Shown here in pieces: positions 35,171-45,630 of a stretch of DNA of 64,000 nucleotides. The notes beneath the pieces were generated by a model that was not told the origin of the DNA, did not search any database, and worked only from the letters and a program-made list of their open reading frames with translations. The translations under genes and the position numbers were made by a program. The DNA is from Aquificaceae bacterium (GTDB taxonomy: Bacteria > Aquificota > Aquificia > Aquificales > Aquificaceae). Within the stretch, counting starts at the first letter, position 1. Each line of letters begins with the position of its first letter. Location of the stretch: contig JAXSNR010000001.1 in the NCBI GenBank assembly GCA_037925075.1, forward strand, positions 736,001-800,000, written 5' to 3'.

Positions 35171-36604
35171 ATGAAAAGACAGGCGGGCATTCTTCTTCAC
35201 ATAAGCTCACTACCTTCTCCCTACGGCATAGGAGACTTAGGTCCTACCGCCCATAGGTTTGTGGACCTTTTGGCGGAGTTTAGACAAAGCCTTTGGCAGG
35301 TGCTACCCCTTAGCCCCACAGAACCAGAGCACGGAAACTCCCCCTATTACTCCTCTTCCCTCTTTGCGGGAAATTTTCTCCTTATAAGCCCAGAGCTTTT
35401 ATACCAAGAAGGGCTTATTGACAAAGAGGTCCTCGAAAGCCTTAAGGTAGAGGCTTCCCACAGGATAGATTACCGCAGGGTTTACATTCTAAAAGAGTTT
35501 ATGTTGCAAAAGGCTTTGGAAAACTTCAAGGAGAGTGAAGACTTTTATAGTTTTTGTAAAGAAGAGGCTTACTGGCTTGAGGACTACGCAAAGTTCAGTC
35601 TGGCAAAGAAAAAATTAAAAAAGCCTTGGTGGAGGTGGGAGGAGTTTCCCAAGCTTTCAAAGGAGGAAATTTTAGGGGAAAAGGCGGTTCAGTTTCTCTT
35701 TTTTAGGCAGTGGAGGGCTTTAAAGGACTATGCAAATTCAAAGGGGGTGAGCCTTGTGGGAGATATGCCCATGTATCCCGCACCGGACAGTTGCGACCTT
35801 TGGGCAAACAGGGAGATTTTTAAGCTAAGAGAAGATGGGCTTCCGGAGGTTGTCGCAGGCGTACCACCCGATTACTTTTCAAAAACGGGACAGCTTTGGG
35901 GAAATCCCGTTTATAGATGGGAGAGGTTAAAGGAGAGGAACTTTGACTGGTGGCTTTCCAGAATAAGGCATGCCCTTAAACTCTTTGACCTTGTGAGGCT
36001 TGATCACTTTAGAGGCTTTTCCGCCTTCTATCAGGTGCCCTACGGAGAAAAGACCGCAGAAAGGGGATGGTGGGAAAGGGCACCCGGCTATGAGCTTTTT
36101 GGCGCCATAAGGAGGGAATTTCCCCACATGCCCTTTATAGCGGAAGACCTTGGCACAATAGACCAAGAAGTTATAAGCCTTAGGGACCACTTTGGACTAC
36201 CCGGTATGAGGGTTTTAGCCTTTGCCTTCTTTGATAAAAATTCAGAGCACCTACCCCACAACCACACCTACAACTCTGTGGTTTATACCACTACCCACGA
36301 CAACATGCCCATAAAGGGCTGGTTTTTCCAAGAGTTGAACCAAGAGCAAAGAGCAAGGGTTTTGGACTATCTTGGATACGTGCCCGAAAGTATAAGCCAA
36401 GCCCTTGTTCGCCTTGCTTATATGTCCGTGGCAAAGTACTGCATAATTGCCATGCAAGACCTTCTTGGACTTGGTGAGGAAGGAAGGATGAACACCCCCG
36501 CAAAGACAGAAAGAAACTGGGAGTGGAAGCTAAAGGAGATGCCCAAAAAAGAGCTTTGGGAATGGATAGACTTTTTATGCGAGCTGTATGGGAGGAGAGT
36601 ATAA
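35171..36604 (+). CDS. malQ: 4-alpha-glucanotransferase (amylomaltase, GH77)
   Basis: GILLHISSLP, GVPPDYFSKTGQLWGNP, RLDHFRGF, IAEDLG, THDN; start at ATG 35171. Confidence 0.95.
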   Translation: MKRQAGILLHISSLPSPYGIGDLGPTAHRFVDLLAEFRQSLWQVLPLSPTEPEHGNSPYYSSSLFAGNFLLISPELLYQEGLIDKEVLESLKVEASHRIDYRRVYILKEFMLQKALENFKESEDFYSFCKEEAYWLEDYAKFSLAKKKLKKPWWRWEEFPKLSKEEILGEKAVQFLFFRQWRALKDYANSKGVSLVGDMPMYPAPDSCDLWANREIFKLREDGLPEVVAGVPPDYFSKTGQLWGNPVYRWERLKERNFDWWLSRIRHALKLFDLVRLDHFRGFSAFYQVPYGEKTAERGWWERAPGYELFGAIRREFPHMPFIAEDLGTIDQEVISLRDHFGLPGMRVLAFAFFDKNSEHLPHNHTYNSVVYTTTHDNMPIKGWFFQELNQEQRARVLDYLGYVPESISQALVRLAYMSVAKYCIIAMQDLLGLGEEGRMNTPAKTERNWEWKLKEMPKKELWEWIDFLCELYGRRV

Positions 36605-36613
36605 TAAGGGCTT

Positions 36614-36883
36614 ATGGAAGACATTAAGCAAAGGCTGAGGGAGATGGGATATGAGGGCTTTTACCTGTGGTATGACCCACCGGGCACATACTACCATTGG
36701 CACACCCATCCAGAGGATGAGGTACGATTTGTCCTTGAAGGAGAGATCACCATAGGCACAGAGGAAGAGGTGTATCATCTCAAGGCTGGGGACCTGTTGG
36801 AGGTGAAGGCTGGCACAAGGCACTGGGCAAGGACGGAAAAGGGAGTAAGGTATCTCTGTGCAAGCAGGAAGGTGTTAAAATAA
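36614..36883 (+). CDS. Cupin domain protein
   Basis: WHTHPEDEVRFVLEGEI...GDLLEVKAGTRHWA. Confidence 0.85.
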   Translation: MEDIKQRLREMGYEGFYLWYDPPGTYYHWHTHPEDEVRFVLEGEITIGTEEEVYHLKAGDLLEVKAGTRHWARTEKGVRYLCASRKVLK

Positions 36884-36888
36884 AACAG

Positions 36889-38544
36889 GTGAAGAGGTTT
36901 TTAGAAGGGCTTTTAAAGGCTGTAGTAAAGGAGCTGTACTTTTTTGAGGTAAATTCCTTTAGCCTTGAACCACCAAGGGAAGAAGCCTACGGAGACTATG
37001 CCACCAACATAGCCTTTATCCTTTCAAAGCATCTAAAGAAAAACCCACAAGAGATAGCCCAGCAGGTGGCAGGCAGGCTATGTGGAGACCTTCTCAATGC
37101 CCAAGCCATTAAGGGATTTGTCAATATAAGACTAAGTGAAAGCCTTCTCAAGGAGGAGTTTAAAAGGCTTTTGAAGGAAAAGGAAGGCTACTTTTTTGAA
37201 CCTGTGGAAAAGCCCCTGTACTTTCAAGTGGAGTTTGTCAGTGCCAATCCCACAGGACCCCTTCATGTGGGACACGGAAGGGGTGCGGTTGTGGGTGATG
37301 TGCTATCAAAGATCCTTCAGAGGTTTGGGCATAGGGTGGTAAGGGAATACTACATAAACGATGCAGGCAACCAAGTTTATATGCTTGGGCTTTCCGTCCT
37401 TTATAGATACTACGAGCTTTTTGGAAAGGAGGAGCCACATTTAAAGGAGCTTTTTGAAAAGGAAGGCTACAAGGGCAAATATATAGTAAGGCTTGCCAAG
37501 GACCTAAAAGCCTTTTACGAGGATAAGCTTTTTGACCTTGACAGAGAAACAGCCATAAACCTTGCAAAAGAGTACGCCCACAAAAGGCTTCTTGAGGATA
37601 TAAGGGAGACCCTTGACCTTTTGGGTGTTTCTTTTGATAGTTGGTTTAGTGAAAAAAGCCTTTATGAAAAGGGGCTTGTGGATAAGGTTATAAGGCTATT
37701 GGAGGAGAAGGGATACCTTTACGAAAAGGATGGTGCCCTTTGGTTTAAAAGCACAGCCTTTGGAGATGACAAGGACAGGGTGGTCAGAAAATCCGATGAG
37801 TCCTTTACCTACTTTGCTTCGGACATAGCGTACCACTACGAGAAGTTCAGTAGAGGCTTTGATAAAGTTATAAACCTATGGGGTGCGGACCATCATGGAT
37901 ACGAAAGGAGGCTTATGGGAGCCCTGAAGGCTCTTGGAATTGGTGAGGACTGGCTAAAGGTGGAGTTTGTGCAGATGGTAAGGCTTATAAGCGGTGGGCA
38001 AGAGGTGCGTATGTCCAAAAGAACCGGTGAGTTTATCACCCTTCAGGAGCTTGTGGAAGAGGTGGGAAAGGATGCGGTAAGGTTTGTCTTTCTTACAAAG
38101 GACAGCGACACACCCCTTGACTTTGACATGGACCTTGTAAAGAAAAACACCTCAGAAAACCCCGTCTTTTATGTGCAGTATGCCCATGCAAGGATAAGGG
38201 GAGTTTTCAGGGAGGTAAGGGAAAGGTACGGTATAAACCCGGACGAGGAGGACCTAAGGGAGTTTGTGAAGCACCTTAACTTGGAGCCGGACCTTAGGCT
38301 TATAAAGAGATGCCTTTACATGAAGGACACATACGAGGGCGTTCTTCAAAGCCTTTCTCCGCACCTTATAACTTACTCCTTGCTTGAGCTTGCAAAGGAC
38401 TTTCACCACTACTATAACCACCACAGGGTTATGGTAGAAGACAAAAATCTTATGCTTTCAAGGCTTGCCCTTTTTAAAGGAGTGGAAATAACCTTAAAGA
38501 CCTCCTTTGAACTGTTGGGAATAGAAGCTCCAGAGAGGATGTAA
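36889..38544 (+). CDS. argS: Arginine--tRNA ligase
   Basis: EFVSANPTGPLHVGHGR, WGADHHGY, MSKRTG, YVQYAHAR, APERM. Confidence 0.98.
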   Translation: MKRFLEGLLKAVVKELYFFEVNSFSLEPPREEAYGDYATNIAFILSKHLKKNPQEIAQQVAGRLCGDLLNAQAIKGFVNIRLSESLLKEEFKRLLKEKEGYFFEPVEKPLYFQVEFVSANPTGPLHVGHGRGAVVGDVLSKILQRFGHRVVREYYINDAGNQVYMLGLSVLYRYYELFGKEEPHLKELFEKEGYKGKYIVRLAKDLKAFYEDKLFDLDRETAINLAKEYAHKRLLEDIRETLDLLGVSFDSWFSEKSLYEKGLVDKVIRLLEEKGYLYEKDGALWFKSTAFGDDKDRVVRKSDESFTYFASDIAYHYEKFSRGFDKVINLWGADHHGYERRLMGALKALGIGEDWLKVEFVQMVRLISGGQEVRMSKRTGEFITLQELVEEVGKDAVRFVFLTKDSDTPLDFDMDLVKKNTSENPVFYVQYAHARIRGVFREVRERYGINPDEEDLREFVKHLNLEPDLRLIKRCLYMKDTYEGVLQSLSPHLITYSLLELAKDFHHYYNHHRVMVEDKNLMLSRLALFKGVEITLKTSFELLGIEAPERM

Positions 38545-38834
38545 TTCTTCTTGGTAAAGCTGGTCGTCGGAAAGGGAAAGTTCATGCCCGTTTATTTCCA
38601 TAAAGTATTCAAAGGCAACCACCCCAGTCCTTTGTTGCCAATGGCTGATTCCACAAGGTTTTTGTCCCTTAAGCCAAAAACCCCCTTATGCTCCTTCATT
38701 ATAACCCTGTTGATCTCTATGATTTCTTCCGCGGTTGGTAATATAAGGTCCTTTTCCGAAAGTTTTAGAAGTAGTTCTTTTCTGCGATTGAGAATAACCT
38801 CAAGCTTTCTGTAGAAAAGGGGGCTAAGTTCCAT
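38545..38834 (-). pseudogene. Degraded death-on-curing (Doc/Fic) toxin gene
   Basis: PTAEEIIEIN...GLRDKNLVESAI is joined directly to GNK; a shifted frame continues RTGVVAFEYFMEINGHEL; the HPFxD part is missing. Confidence 0.75.
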
Positions 38835-38851
38835 GCTTTAAAATATAAGCC

Positions 38852-40153
38852 ATGAGGCTAACGGTAGTTGGAGGAGGATACGTAGGACTTACCACGGGCG
38901 TATGCTTTGCACACTTAGGGCACAAGGTTATGGTAGTGGAAAAGATTCCTCAAAAGGTGGAGCTCCTTAGGTCTGGAAAATCTCCTATCTACGAGCCGGG
39001 GCTTGAGGAGCTTTTGCAGGAAAACCTAAGGGAAGGTAGAATAAGCTTTACCACAGACCTAAAAGAAGGGATTGATTTTTCAGAGGTTATATTCATCTGT
39101 GTTGGCACGCCTCAAAAAACCGACGGCTCTGCGGACCTCTCTCAGGTGGAAGAGGTAGCACGACAGACCGCAAAGCTTATGAAAAGCTACAAACTTCTCG
39201 TAGAAAAATCCACTGTACCAGTAAACACCCACCAGCTTATAAAGAAGACGGTACAGAGGTACATAAAAGACCCAAACATTCCTTACGATGTGGCATCAAA
39301 CCCTGAGTTTTTAAGGGAAGGCTCCGCCATAGAGGACTTTCTAAAGCCCGACAGGATAGTGGTAGGTGTAGAAAGCGAGAGGGCTAAAAAGATTTTTGAA
39401 GAGCTGTACAAGGACTTTGACTGTCCCATAATCTTCACAGACCCAGCGACCGCAGAACTTATAAAACATGCCAGCAACTCCTTTCTCGCCATGAAGATAT
39501 CCTTTATAAACATGATCGCAGACCTGTGTGAAAAAACGGGGGCGGATGTGAAGCTTGTCGCAGATGGTATGGGCTATGACAAAAGGATAGGGAGGGCTTT
39601 TTTAAATGCGGGCATAGGGTACGGAGGCTCATGCTTTCCAAAGGATGTGAGGGCTTTTATAAGGATAGCCCAAGACTATGGGCTTGACTTTGGGCTTTTG
39701 AGGGAGGTGGAAATGATAAATCAGGAAAGACCTGTAAAGTTTGTTGAAAAGGTAAAGGGTGTTCTTTGGAGTCTAAGGGATAAAAAGCTTGCGGTTTGGG
39801 GGCTTTCTTTTAAGCCCAACACGGACGACATAAGGGAAGCACCTTCCATAAAGATTGTGAATATGCTCCTCAAGGAAGGTGCAACTGTAAGCCTTTATGA
39901 CCCAAAGGCTATGGAAAACTTTAAGCTTCTTTATCCTGAAGGAAAGCAGGTAATCTACGCAAGGGACATGTACTCAGCGGTGGAAGGTGCCAGTGCCCTT
40001 CTTATACTTACCGAGTGGGATGAGTTTGTAAAGGCTGACCTAAAAAGGGTCAAGGACCTTATGGAGCTTCCTATAGTGATAGATGGAAGAAACATATACG
40101 AACCGCAGGAGGTCAGGGCTTTAGGCTTTGAGTACTATCCTGTTGGAAGATGA
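38852..40153 (+). CDS. ugd: UDP-glucose 6-dehydrogenase
   Basis: GGGYVGL, ICVGTP, KSTVP, SNPEFLREG, GYGGSCFPKD, FKPNTDDIRE. Confidence 0.95.
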   Translation: MRLTVVGGGYVGLTTGVCFAHLGHKVMVVEKIPQKVELLRSGKSPIYEPGLEELLQENLREGRISFTTDLKEGIDFSEVIFICVGTPQKTDGSADLSQVEEVARQTAKLMKSYKLLVEKSTVPVNTHQLIKKTVQRYIKDPNIPYDVASNPEFLREGSAIEDFLKPDRIVVGVESERAKKIFEELYKDFDCPIIFTDPATAELIKHASNSFLAMKISFINMIADLCEKTGADVKLVADGMGYDKRIGRAFLNAGIGYGGSCFPKDVRAFIRIAQDYGLDFGLLREVEMINQERPVKFVEKVKGVLWSLRDKKLAVWGLSFKPNTDDIREAPSIKIVNMLLKEGATVSLYDPKAMENFKLLYPEGKQVIYARDMYSAVEGASALLILTEWDEFVKADLKRVKDLMELPIVIDGRNIYEPQEVRALGFEYYPVGR

Positions 40154-41082
40154 GGGTCCTTATAACTGGTGTAGCGGGTTTCATAGGCTCCCACTTGGCT
40201 GAAAGGTTCCTAAAAGAGGGTTTTTATGTGATAGGTATGGATAACTTCCTTACGGGCAGTCCCGATAACATAGCCCAGCTCTTTGAAAACAAAAACTTCC
40301 ACTTTATCCACTACAACGTGGTCAATTACATATACGTGGAAGGTCCTGTGGACCTTGTGGTCCATCTGGCTTGCCCCGCCTCGCCTGTGGATTATATGAA
40401 CCATCCCATACACACCATGAAGGTGGACTCCCTTGGCACCCTAAACACCCTGGGCTTTGCCAAACTAAAGGGTGCAAGGTATGTTTTTGCGTCCTCTTCA
40501 GAAGTTTATGGCTCCGCTCAGATGCATCCACAACCGGAGGAATATTGGGGCTATGTAAACCCAGTGGGTCCCAGAAGCGTGTACGATGAGGCTAAGAGGT
40601 TTTCTGAAGCTCTCTGCATGGCTTACCACAGAGAACACGGGCTTGATGTGAGAATAGCCAGAATCTTCAACACCTACGGTCCACGTATGAGAAGAAAGGA
40701 CGGAAGGGTCATACCCACCTTTATAGAGAAAGCCCTCAAGGGAGAACCGCTTCCCATATACGGTGATGGCTCTCAGACGAGAAGCTTTTGTTACATAGAT
40801 GACCTTGTGGAAGGACTTTTTGGACTATCTGTCAAACAAGGACTTGCGGGCACGGTGGTGAACCTGGGAAACCCAGAGGAGGTATCTATCTTAGAGCTTG
40901 CAAAGAGGATCATTGAACTTTCTAATTCTTCTTCAAAAATTGAATTTCTTCCACCTAGACCTGACGACCCACCAAGAAGATGCCCCGATATCCACAAGGC
41001 AAAGAATTTATTGGGTTGGCTTCCAAAGACCCCCCTTGAAGAAGGATTAAAAATAACCCTAAGATGGTTTGCGGGGTTATAA
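40150..41082 (+). CDS. UDP-glucuronate decarboxylase (UDP-xylose synthase)-like SDR
   Basis: TGVAGFIGSHL, HLACPASP, SSEVYG, YWGYVNPVGPRSVYDEAKR, RIFNTYGPRM. Confidence 0.9.
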   Translation: MRVLITGVAGFIGSHLAERFLKEGFYVIGMDNFLTGSPDNIAQLFENKNFHFIHYNVVNYIYVEGPVDLVVHLACPASPVDYMNHPIHTMKVDSLGTLNTLGFAKLKGARYVFASSSEVYGSAQMHPQPEEYWGYVNPVGPRSVYDEAKRFSEALCMAYHREHGLDVRIARIFNTYGPRMRRKDGRVIPTFIEKALKGEPLPIYGDGSQTRSFCYIDDLVEGLFGLSVKQGLAGTVVNLGNPEEVSILELAKRIIELSNSSSKIEFLPPRPDDPPRRCPDIHKAKNLLGWLPKTPLEEGLKITLRWFAGL

Positions 41083-41104
41083 TAATCTCTAAAGGAGGGT
41101 AATC

Positions 41105-41683
41105 GTGAAAAGAGAAAGGCTCATAATACTTCTCGGAGTGCTTGTTGCCCTTGTGTTTTTTTACCTTGGTTTGAACGAATGGCTAAAGACCAAGGAGGAA
41201 CAGGCTCAGCCACTGCCCATCGTAGTTAAGCCCTCACCTCAGAAACAACAGGAAGCACAACCTCAGGCTCCTTCTCCTGCGCCAGCAAAGGAAACCCCTC
41301 CAAGTTTAGAGAAAAAGCCAGAAGTAAAAGAAGCTCCAAAAAGTAAAGAAAAAGACCTGATAGCCCAAAAGATAAAGGAGGAGAAGAAAACGGAAAAGCC
41401 TGAGATAAAGGAGAAGAAGGAAGCTGAAAAGCCTCAGGAAGCCAAGAAGGTTGAAAAGGCCAAAAAAGCACCTTTGAAAACCTACACAGTTCAAATAGGA
41501 GCCTTTAAGAGCAAAGATGGTGCGGACAAAGTCGCAGAAAGGGCAAGAAGGATGGGATACAGGGTAAACATAGTGGAGGAGGATAACTTTTACAAGGTTA
41601 GGATTTCCCTAGGCACTGAAAACATAAAGGATGAACTGAAAAAGCTGAGGGCAGCTTTTGGCGGTGCAATACTAAAGCAATGA
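41105..41683 (+). CDS. Membrane-anchored SPOR domain protein (FtsN/DedD-like architecture)
   Basis: N-terminal TM, Pro/Lys/Glu-rich linker, YTVQIGAF SPOR motif. Confidence 0.8.
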   Translation: MKRERLIILLGVLVALVFFYLGLNEWLKTKEEQAQPLPIVVKPSPQKQQEAQPQAPSPAPAKETPPSLEKKPEVKEAPKSKEKDLIAQKIKEEKKTEKPEIKEKKEAEKPQEAKKVEKAKKAPLKTYTVQIGAFKSKDGADKVAERARRMGYRVNIVEEDNFYKVRISLGTENIKDELKKLRAAFGGAILKQ

Positions 41684-42774
41684 AGGGATTTTTTCTACTC
41701 TTTTTGCTTTTTACACTTTTTTCCTGTGCGCCAAAGCAGGAAGAGACCAATAAGGCCCAGTGGCAGTATTTTTATGACCTTGGTATGTCTTCTTACATTG
41801 CCAAAAACTACTCAGAGGCAATAGCCAACTTCTTCAGGGCTTCACAGCTTGCCCCAAACGAGCCAAAGGTATGGAATGCCCTCGGAAACGCCTATATGGA
41901 GGTGCAAGAATACCAAAAGGCGGAAAACGCCTTTCTTAGAGCCCTTCAAGTGGACAAAACCTATACGGAAGCTAAGCTTAACTTAGGAGTCCTCTACTAC
42001 CGACAGAAGGAGTATGAAAGTGCTCTAAAAGCCCTTAGAGAGGTTATAGAAGATGAGGCCTTCCCTCAGAAACACTTGGCATTTTATTTTCTGGCAAAGG
42101 TCTATCAGTCCATGGACAGGCGCAAGGAATATCTTACTAACCTGCTTAAGGCGGTTGCCTACAATCCCATGTTCCTTGACGCCCAGCTTGAGCTTGCACA
42201 ATCTTACGAGGAGGACGGAGATTATAGGTCTGCGGTGGATGTTTATCGGCGTCTGGTGAACAACGGTATAGTAAACCATTCCATATACCTAAGCATGGCT
42301 AGAGTGGAATACAAACTAGGCAACTATTCCTCCGCAAAGGATTACATAAGGAGGGTCATTGAAGACAAGCAGACTGTGCCTCAACTCAAATCTCAGGCCT
42401 ATGAGCTTCTTAGTCTCATACTCATAGCGGAACAGAGAGCACAGAGCACACCAACGCCTCAGGAAAAAACGGACACACAAACAAAAGCTACCTATTCCGA
42501 AAGTAAAATGGACACACAACTAAAGGAAACTGAGCATCCCCAACCAACTGGCAAGTTTTACAGAATACAGGTCGGTGCCTTCTCTTCCGCAAGCTCCGCA
42601 AAGGCATGGAGAGAAAGGCTTGAAAGGGAGCTGAACCTCAAAGATGTGGTTGTGGTGGAAAGTGTAGGTGTGTTCAGGGTTTTTTATGGTAGGTTTGAAA
42701 GCAGAGAAGAAGCTCGCAAACAGCTTGAAAGGCTTCGGAGTATAAACCTGTATGGTTTCATAGTTTACGAGTAA
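41680..42774 (+). CDS. TPR lipoprotein (PilF/PilW-like) with C-terminal SPOR domain
   Basis: LFS-C lipobox, several TPRs (WNALGNAY, LNLGVLY), YRIQVGAF SPOR motif. Confidence 0.8.
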   Translation: MKGFFLLFLLFTLFSCAPKQEETNKAQWQYFYDLGMSSYIAKNYSEAIANFFRASQLAPNEPKVWNALGNAYMEVQEYQKAENAFLRALQVDKTYTEAKLNLGVLYYRQKEYESALKALREVIEDEAFPQKHLAFYFLAKVYQSMDRRKEYLTNLLKAVAYNPMFLDAQLELAQSYEEDGDYRSAVDVYRRLVNNGIVNHSIYLSMARVEYKLGNYSSAKDYIRRVIEDKQTVPQLKSQAYELLSLILIAEQRAQSTPTPQEKTDTQTKATYSESKMDTQLKETEHPQPTGKFYRIQVGAFSSASSAKAWRERLERELNLKDVVVVESVGVFRVFYGRFESREEARKQLERLRSINLYGFIVYE

Positions 42775-43353
42775 TTATAGGCTTTCCTTTGTGGAGGGTA
42801 TGACCCCACCTGTAAGGCTTACCGCCTGTCTGAGGCTCAGTGCAAGCCCCTTAAAACAAGCCTCCGCCACATGATGAAGAATCTTACCAGAAAGAACCCT
42901 TATGTGAAGTGTGCTTTTGCTCTCTAAAGCAAAGCCCTTGAAAAACTCCCATATGAGTTCAAAGTCAAAGTCTGTTATCTTACCCCGTAGGTTCAAATCC
43001 TCGTAGAAAAGCAAAGGTCTTCCAGAGAGGTCTATGCTTACCAGCGAAAGGGCTTCGTCCATGGGCACTATAGCGTATCCGTAGCGGTTTATACCCCTTT
43101 TGTCCACCAAGGCTTGCAAAAAAGCCATGCCTAGCACTATGCCCACATCCTCCACCGTGTGGTGATGGGAAACGTGCACATCCCCTTCCGCATACAGCTC
43201 TATGTCAAAGTGTCCGTGCCTTGCAAGAGTCTCCACCATGTGGCTTAAGAAGCCTACAGGCGTCTCCACCTTGTAGCTTCCCGTGCCCTCAAGGTTCAGG
43301 AATAGCTCTATCTTCGTTTCCCGTGTCTGCCGGGTAATGTGCGCCTTCCTCAT
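42775..43353 (-). CDS. hisB: Imidazoleglycerol-phosphate dehydratase
   Basis: [42 protein letters not shown]. Confidence 0.97.
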   Translation of the reverse strand: MRKAHITRQTRETKIELFLNLEGTGSYKVETPVGFLSHMVETLARHGHFDIELYAEGDVHVSHHHTVEDVGIVLGMAFLQALVDKRGINRYGYAIVPMDEALSLVSIDLSGRPLLFYEDLNLRGKITDFDFELIWEFFKGFALESKSTLHIRVLSGKILHHVAEACFKGLALSLRQAVSLTGGVIPSTKESL

Positions 43354-44332
43354 TTAGCATGTATTCTATCACAAATTTCCTTAGGGCTTGTTCAGGTTCT
43401 GAATAGTAGACCTTTATGCCTATGTCCAGTAGGTAAAGCCTTCTGAGTAGCAAGCTAAGGTCTTCAAGGGAGTTATGAGAAAGGTATCTTTTAAAGCTTA
43501 AGGCCTGAAACTTGTGCTTTATGTCCACTTCAAGGAGGGCTTTTTCCACATTACATCCCTCTTGAGTTAGCCTTTGGGCAGTGTATAGCTTAAGGGTGTA
43601 GTTAAGGAGAAAGGTGAGAATCTGTAGTGGGTGTGTGCCAGACCTAAGAAGAGAATTAAGGGAATTAAGGGCTTTTTCGTAGTCTTTGAGAAACAACCCA
43701 TCCGCCAAATCAAAGATACTAAGCTCAGGCTCAGCAAGCACTATGGACTTTACATCCTCAAGGGTTATGTTCTTTTTCCCGTAAAGTATCAGCTTGTCGG
43801 TTTCACCTTTTAGAGTCATGAGTTGATAAGAGGTGGCTTCCAGAAGATACTCAAGGGCTTCCTCCTCTATGCTTATACCTTCCCTTTGCAATTTGTTTTT
43901 TACAAGGTCTCTTATCTTTTTCTTATCCAGCCTGCCCGCATATATAACATCGCCCAGCTTTGAAAGGCTAAGGAACGGGTCCTTTTCAAGCTCCTTCTCG
44001 CCAAGCTTATAGCCCACGTAAAAAAAGACCTTTTTGCCCCTTGCCCTTTCAAGATAGGTTATGAGGTTTTTGTGAGTCTTTACACCCTTTAGGAACTCTT
44101 CAGCCCTGTATATAAAGAGGGCTTCTTCCTTTGCAAACATACCAGTTGTGCTTATGACAGCTATAAAATCCTCAAAACTCAATTCATCACCCCAGAGAAT
44201 TTTCAAACTCATTGCTTCTTTGAGCTTGTCAAGGAGGCTCTTTACGAGGTACTCTTCTTCGCCATGTATGAGGTTTACCGGCTTTATACGTTCTCTTCTG
44301 AGGTTTTTCTGATATTCAAGGAGGCTTATCAC
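43289..44332 (-). CDS. holA: DNA polymerase III delta subunit
   Basis: [17 protein letters not shown]...[21 protein letters not shown]. Confidence 0.85.
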   Translation of the reverse strand: MISLLEYQKNLRRERIKPVNLIHGEEEYLVKSLLDKLKEAMSLKILWGDELSFEDFIAVISTTGMFAKEEALFIYRAEEFLKGVKTHKNLITYLERARGKKVFFYVGYKLGEKELEKDPFLSLSKLGDVIYAGRLDKKKIRDLVKNKLQREGISIEEEALEYLLEATSYQLMTLKGETDKLILYGKKNITLEDVKSIVLAEPELSIFDLADGLFLKDYEKALNSLNSLLRSGTHPLQILTFLLNYTLKLYTAQRLTQEGCNVEKALLEVDIKHKFQALSFKRYLSHNSLEDLSLLLRRLYLLDIGIKVYYSEPEQALRKFVIEYMLNEEGAHYPADTGNEDRAIPEP

Positions 44333-45615
44333 GAGTGCATAGCCTTTAAGAAGTCTTTGTTAGTTTTGAACTTTTTAAGTTTATCAAGGAGAAACTCCAT
44401 AGCTTCTATTGGGTCCATTGTCGCAAGAAATTTTCTTAAAACCCATATCCTCTGAAGTTCCCAGTCCTCGAGGAGAAGCTCTTCCTTTCTTGTGCCTGAT
44501 TTCTCTATATTTATTGCTGGGAATATCCTCCTTTCCATAAGCCTACGGTCTAAGTGTATTTCCATGTTTCCTGTACCCTTGAACTCCTCGTATATAACAT
44601 CGTCCATCTTGGAGCCTGTCTCTATAAGGGCTGTGGCTATTATGGTAAGAGAGCCACCCTCTTCTATGTTCCGTGCCGCACCGAAGAATTTTTTGGGTCT
44701 TTGGAGGGCGGTTGCCTCTATACCACCGGTCAGCACCCTTCCTGTGGGAGGAGTAACTGCGTTGGATGCCCTTCCAAAACGTGTCATGGAGTCCAAAAGA
44801 ATTACCACATCCTGCTTTAGCTCCACGAGCCTCTTTGCCTTTTCCACCACAAGCTCTGCCACCTGCATGTGCCTCTCTGGAGGCTCGTCAAAGGTGGACG
44901 CGACCACTTCAGCACCCTCTCCCACTATCCTACGCATCTCTGTAACCTCTTCTGGCCTTTCATCTATGAGTAGTATGATGAGATACACCTCTGGGTGGTT
45001 CGCTATGAGAGCCTTTGCTATCTTCTGCAAAAGCACCGTCTTTCCCGCCTTTGGAGGTGCCACTATCATACCCCTCTGCCCTTTGCCTATGGGTGCTATG
45101 AGGCTTATTACCCTTGTAGATAACTCTGTGGGAGATGTTTCAAGGTTGAACCTCTCCGTTGGATGGTAAGGGGTGAGCTTTTCAAACTGAGCCCTTGCCC
45201 TTAGTACTTCTGGGTCTGGTGGCAGTCCATTGACGGACTCTATCTTTATAAGGGCTTGGTATTTTTCCTTTTCCTGTGGAGGTCTTGCAAAGCCTACTAT
45301 GGTATCGCCCGTTCTAAGCCCAAACCTTTTTATCTGGGAAGGTGCCACATAAATATCTGTGTAGCTTGGCATGTAGTTGTTCTCAGGGCTCCTTATAAAA
45401 CCGTAGCCCTCGGGCAGTATTTCCAGCACGCCCTTTACAAAGTTTAGCCCCTCCTCCTTTGCCTGCACTGTGAGTATTTTTTCTATGAGCTCTTCCTTCC
45501 TTAGCCCCGTTACCCTTGAAAGCTCAAGATCTTTGCCTATTTTTTGCAATTCCTGAAGGGATAGCTTTTTTAGCTCTTCAAGGGTATAGATCTTTTTCTC
45601 TTGCACCTGCTCCAT
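44329..45615 (-). CDS. rho: Transcription termination factor Rho
   Basis: [51 protein letters not shown] spacing favours ATG 45615. Confidence 0.98.
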   Translation of the reverse strand: MEQVQEKKIYTLEELKKLSLQELQKIGKDLELSRVTGLRKEELIEKILTVQAKEEGLNFVKGVLEILPEGYGFIRSPENNYMPSYTDIYVAPSQIKRFGLRTGDTIVGFARPPQEKEKYQALIKIESVNGLPPDPEVLRARAQFEKLTPYHPTERFNLETSPTELSTRVISLIAPIGKGQRGMIVAPPKAGKTVLLQKIAKALIANHPEVYLIILLIDERPEEVTEMRRIVGEGAEVVASTFDEPPERHMQVAELVVEKAKRLVELKQDVVILLDSMTRFGRASNAVTPPTGRVLTGGIEATALQRPKKFFGAARNIEEGGSLTIIATALIETGSKMDDVIYEEFKGTGNMEIHLDRRLMERRIFPAINIEKSGTRKEELLLEDWELQRIWVLRKFLATMDPIEAMEFLLDKLKKFKTNKDFLKAMHS

Positions 45616-45630
45616 ACTCAAAAACCTCCT

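Noticed and set aside
38551..38814. 87-aa plus-strand ORF between argS and ugd
   Set aside because: It is the antisense shadow of the Doc pseudogene, whose strand carries recognisable motifs and a -10 box
44492..45169. 225-aa ORF antisense to rho, and similar shadow ORFs such as 20985-21506, 45986-46474 and 51975-52505
   Set aside because: Fully nested opposite conserved genes, Ser-rich or low-information translations, no motifs; expected from codon bias
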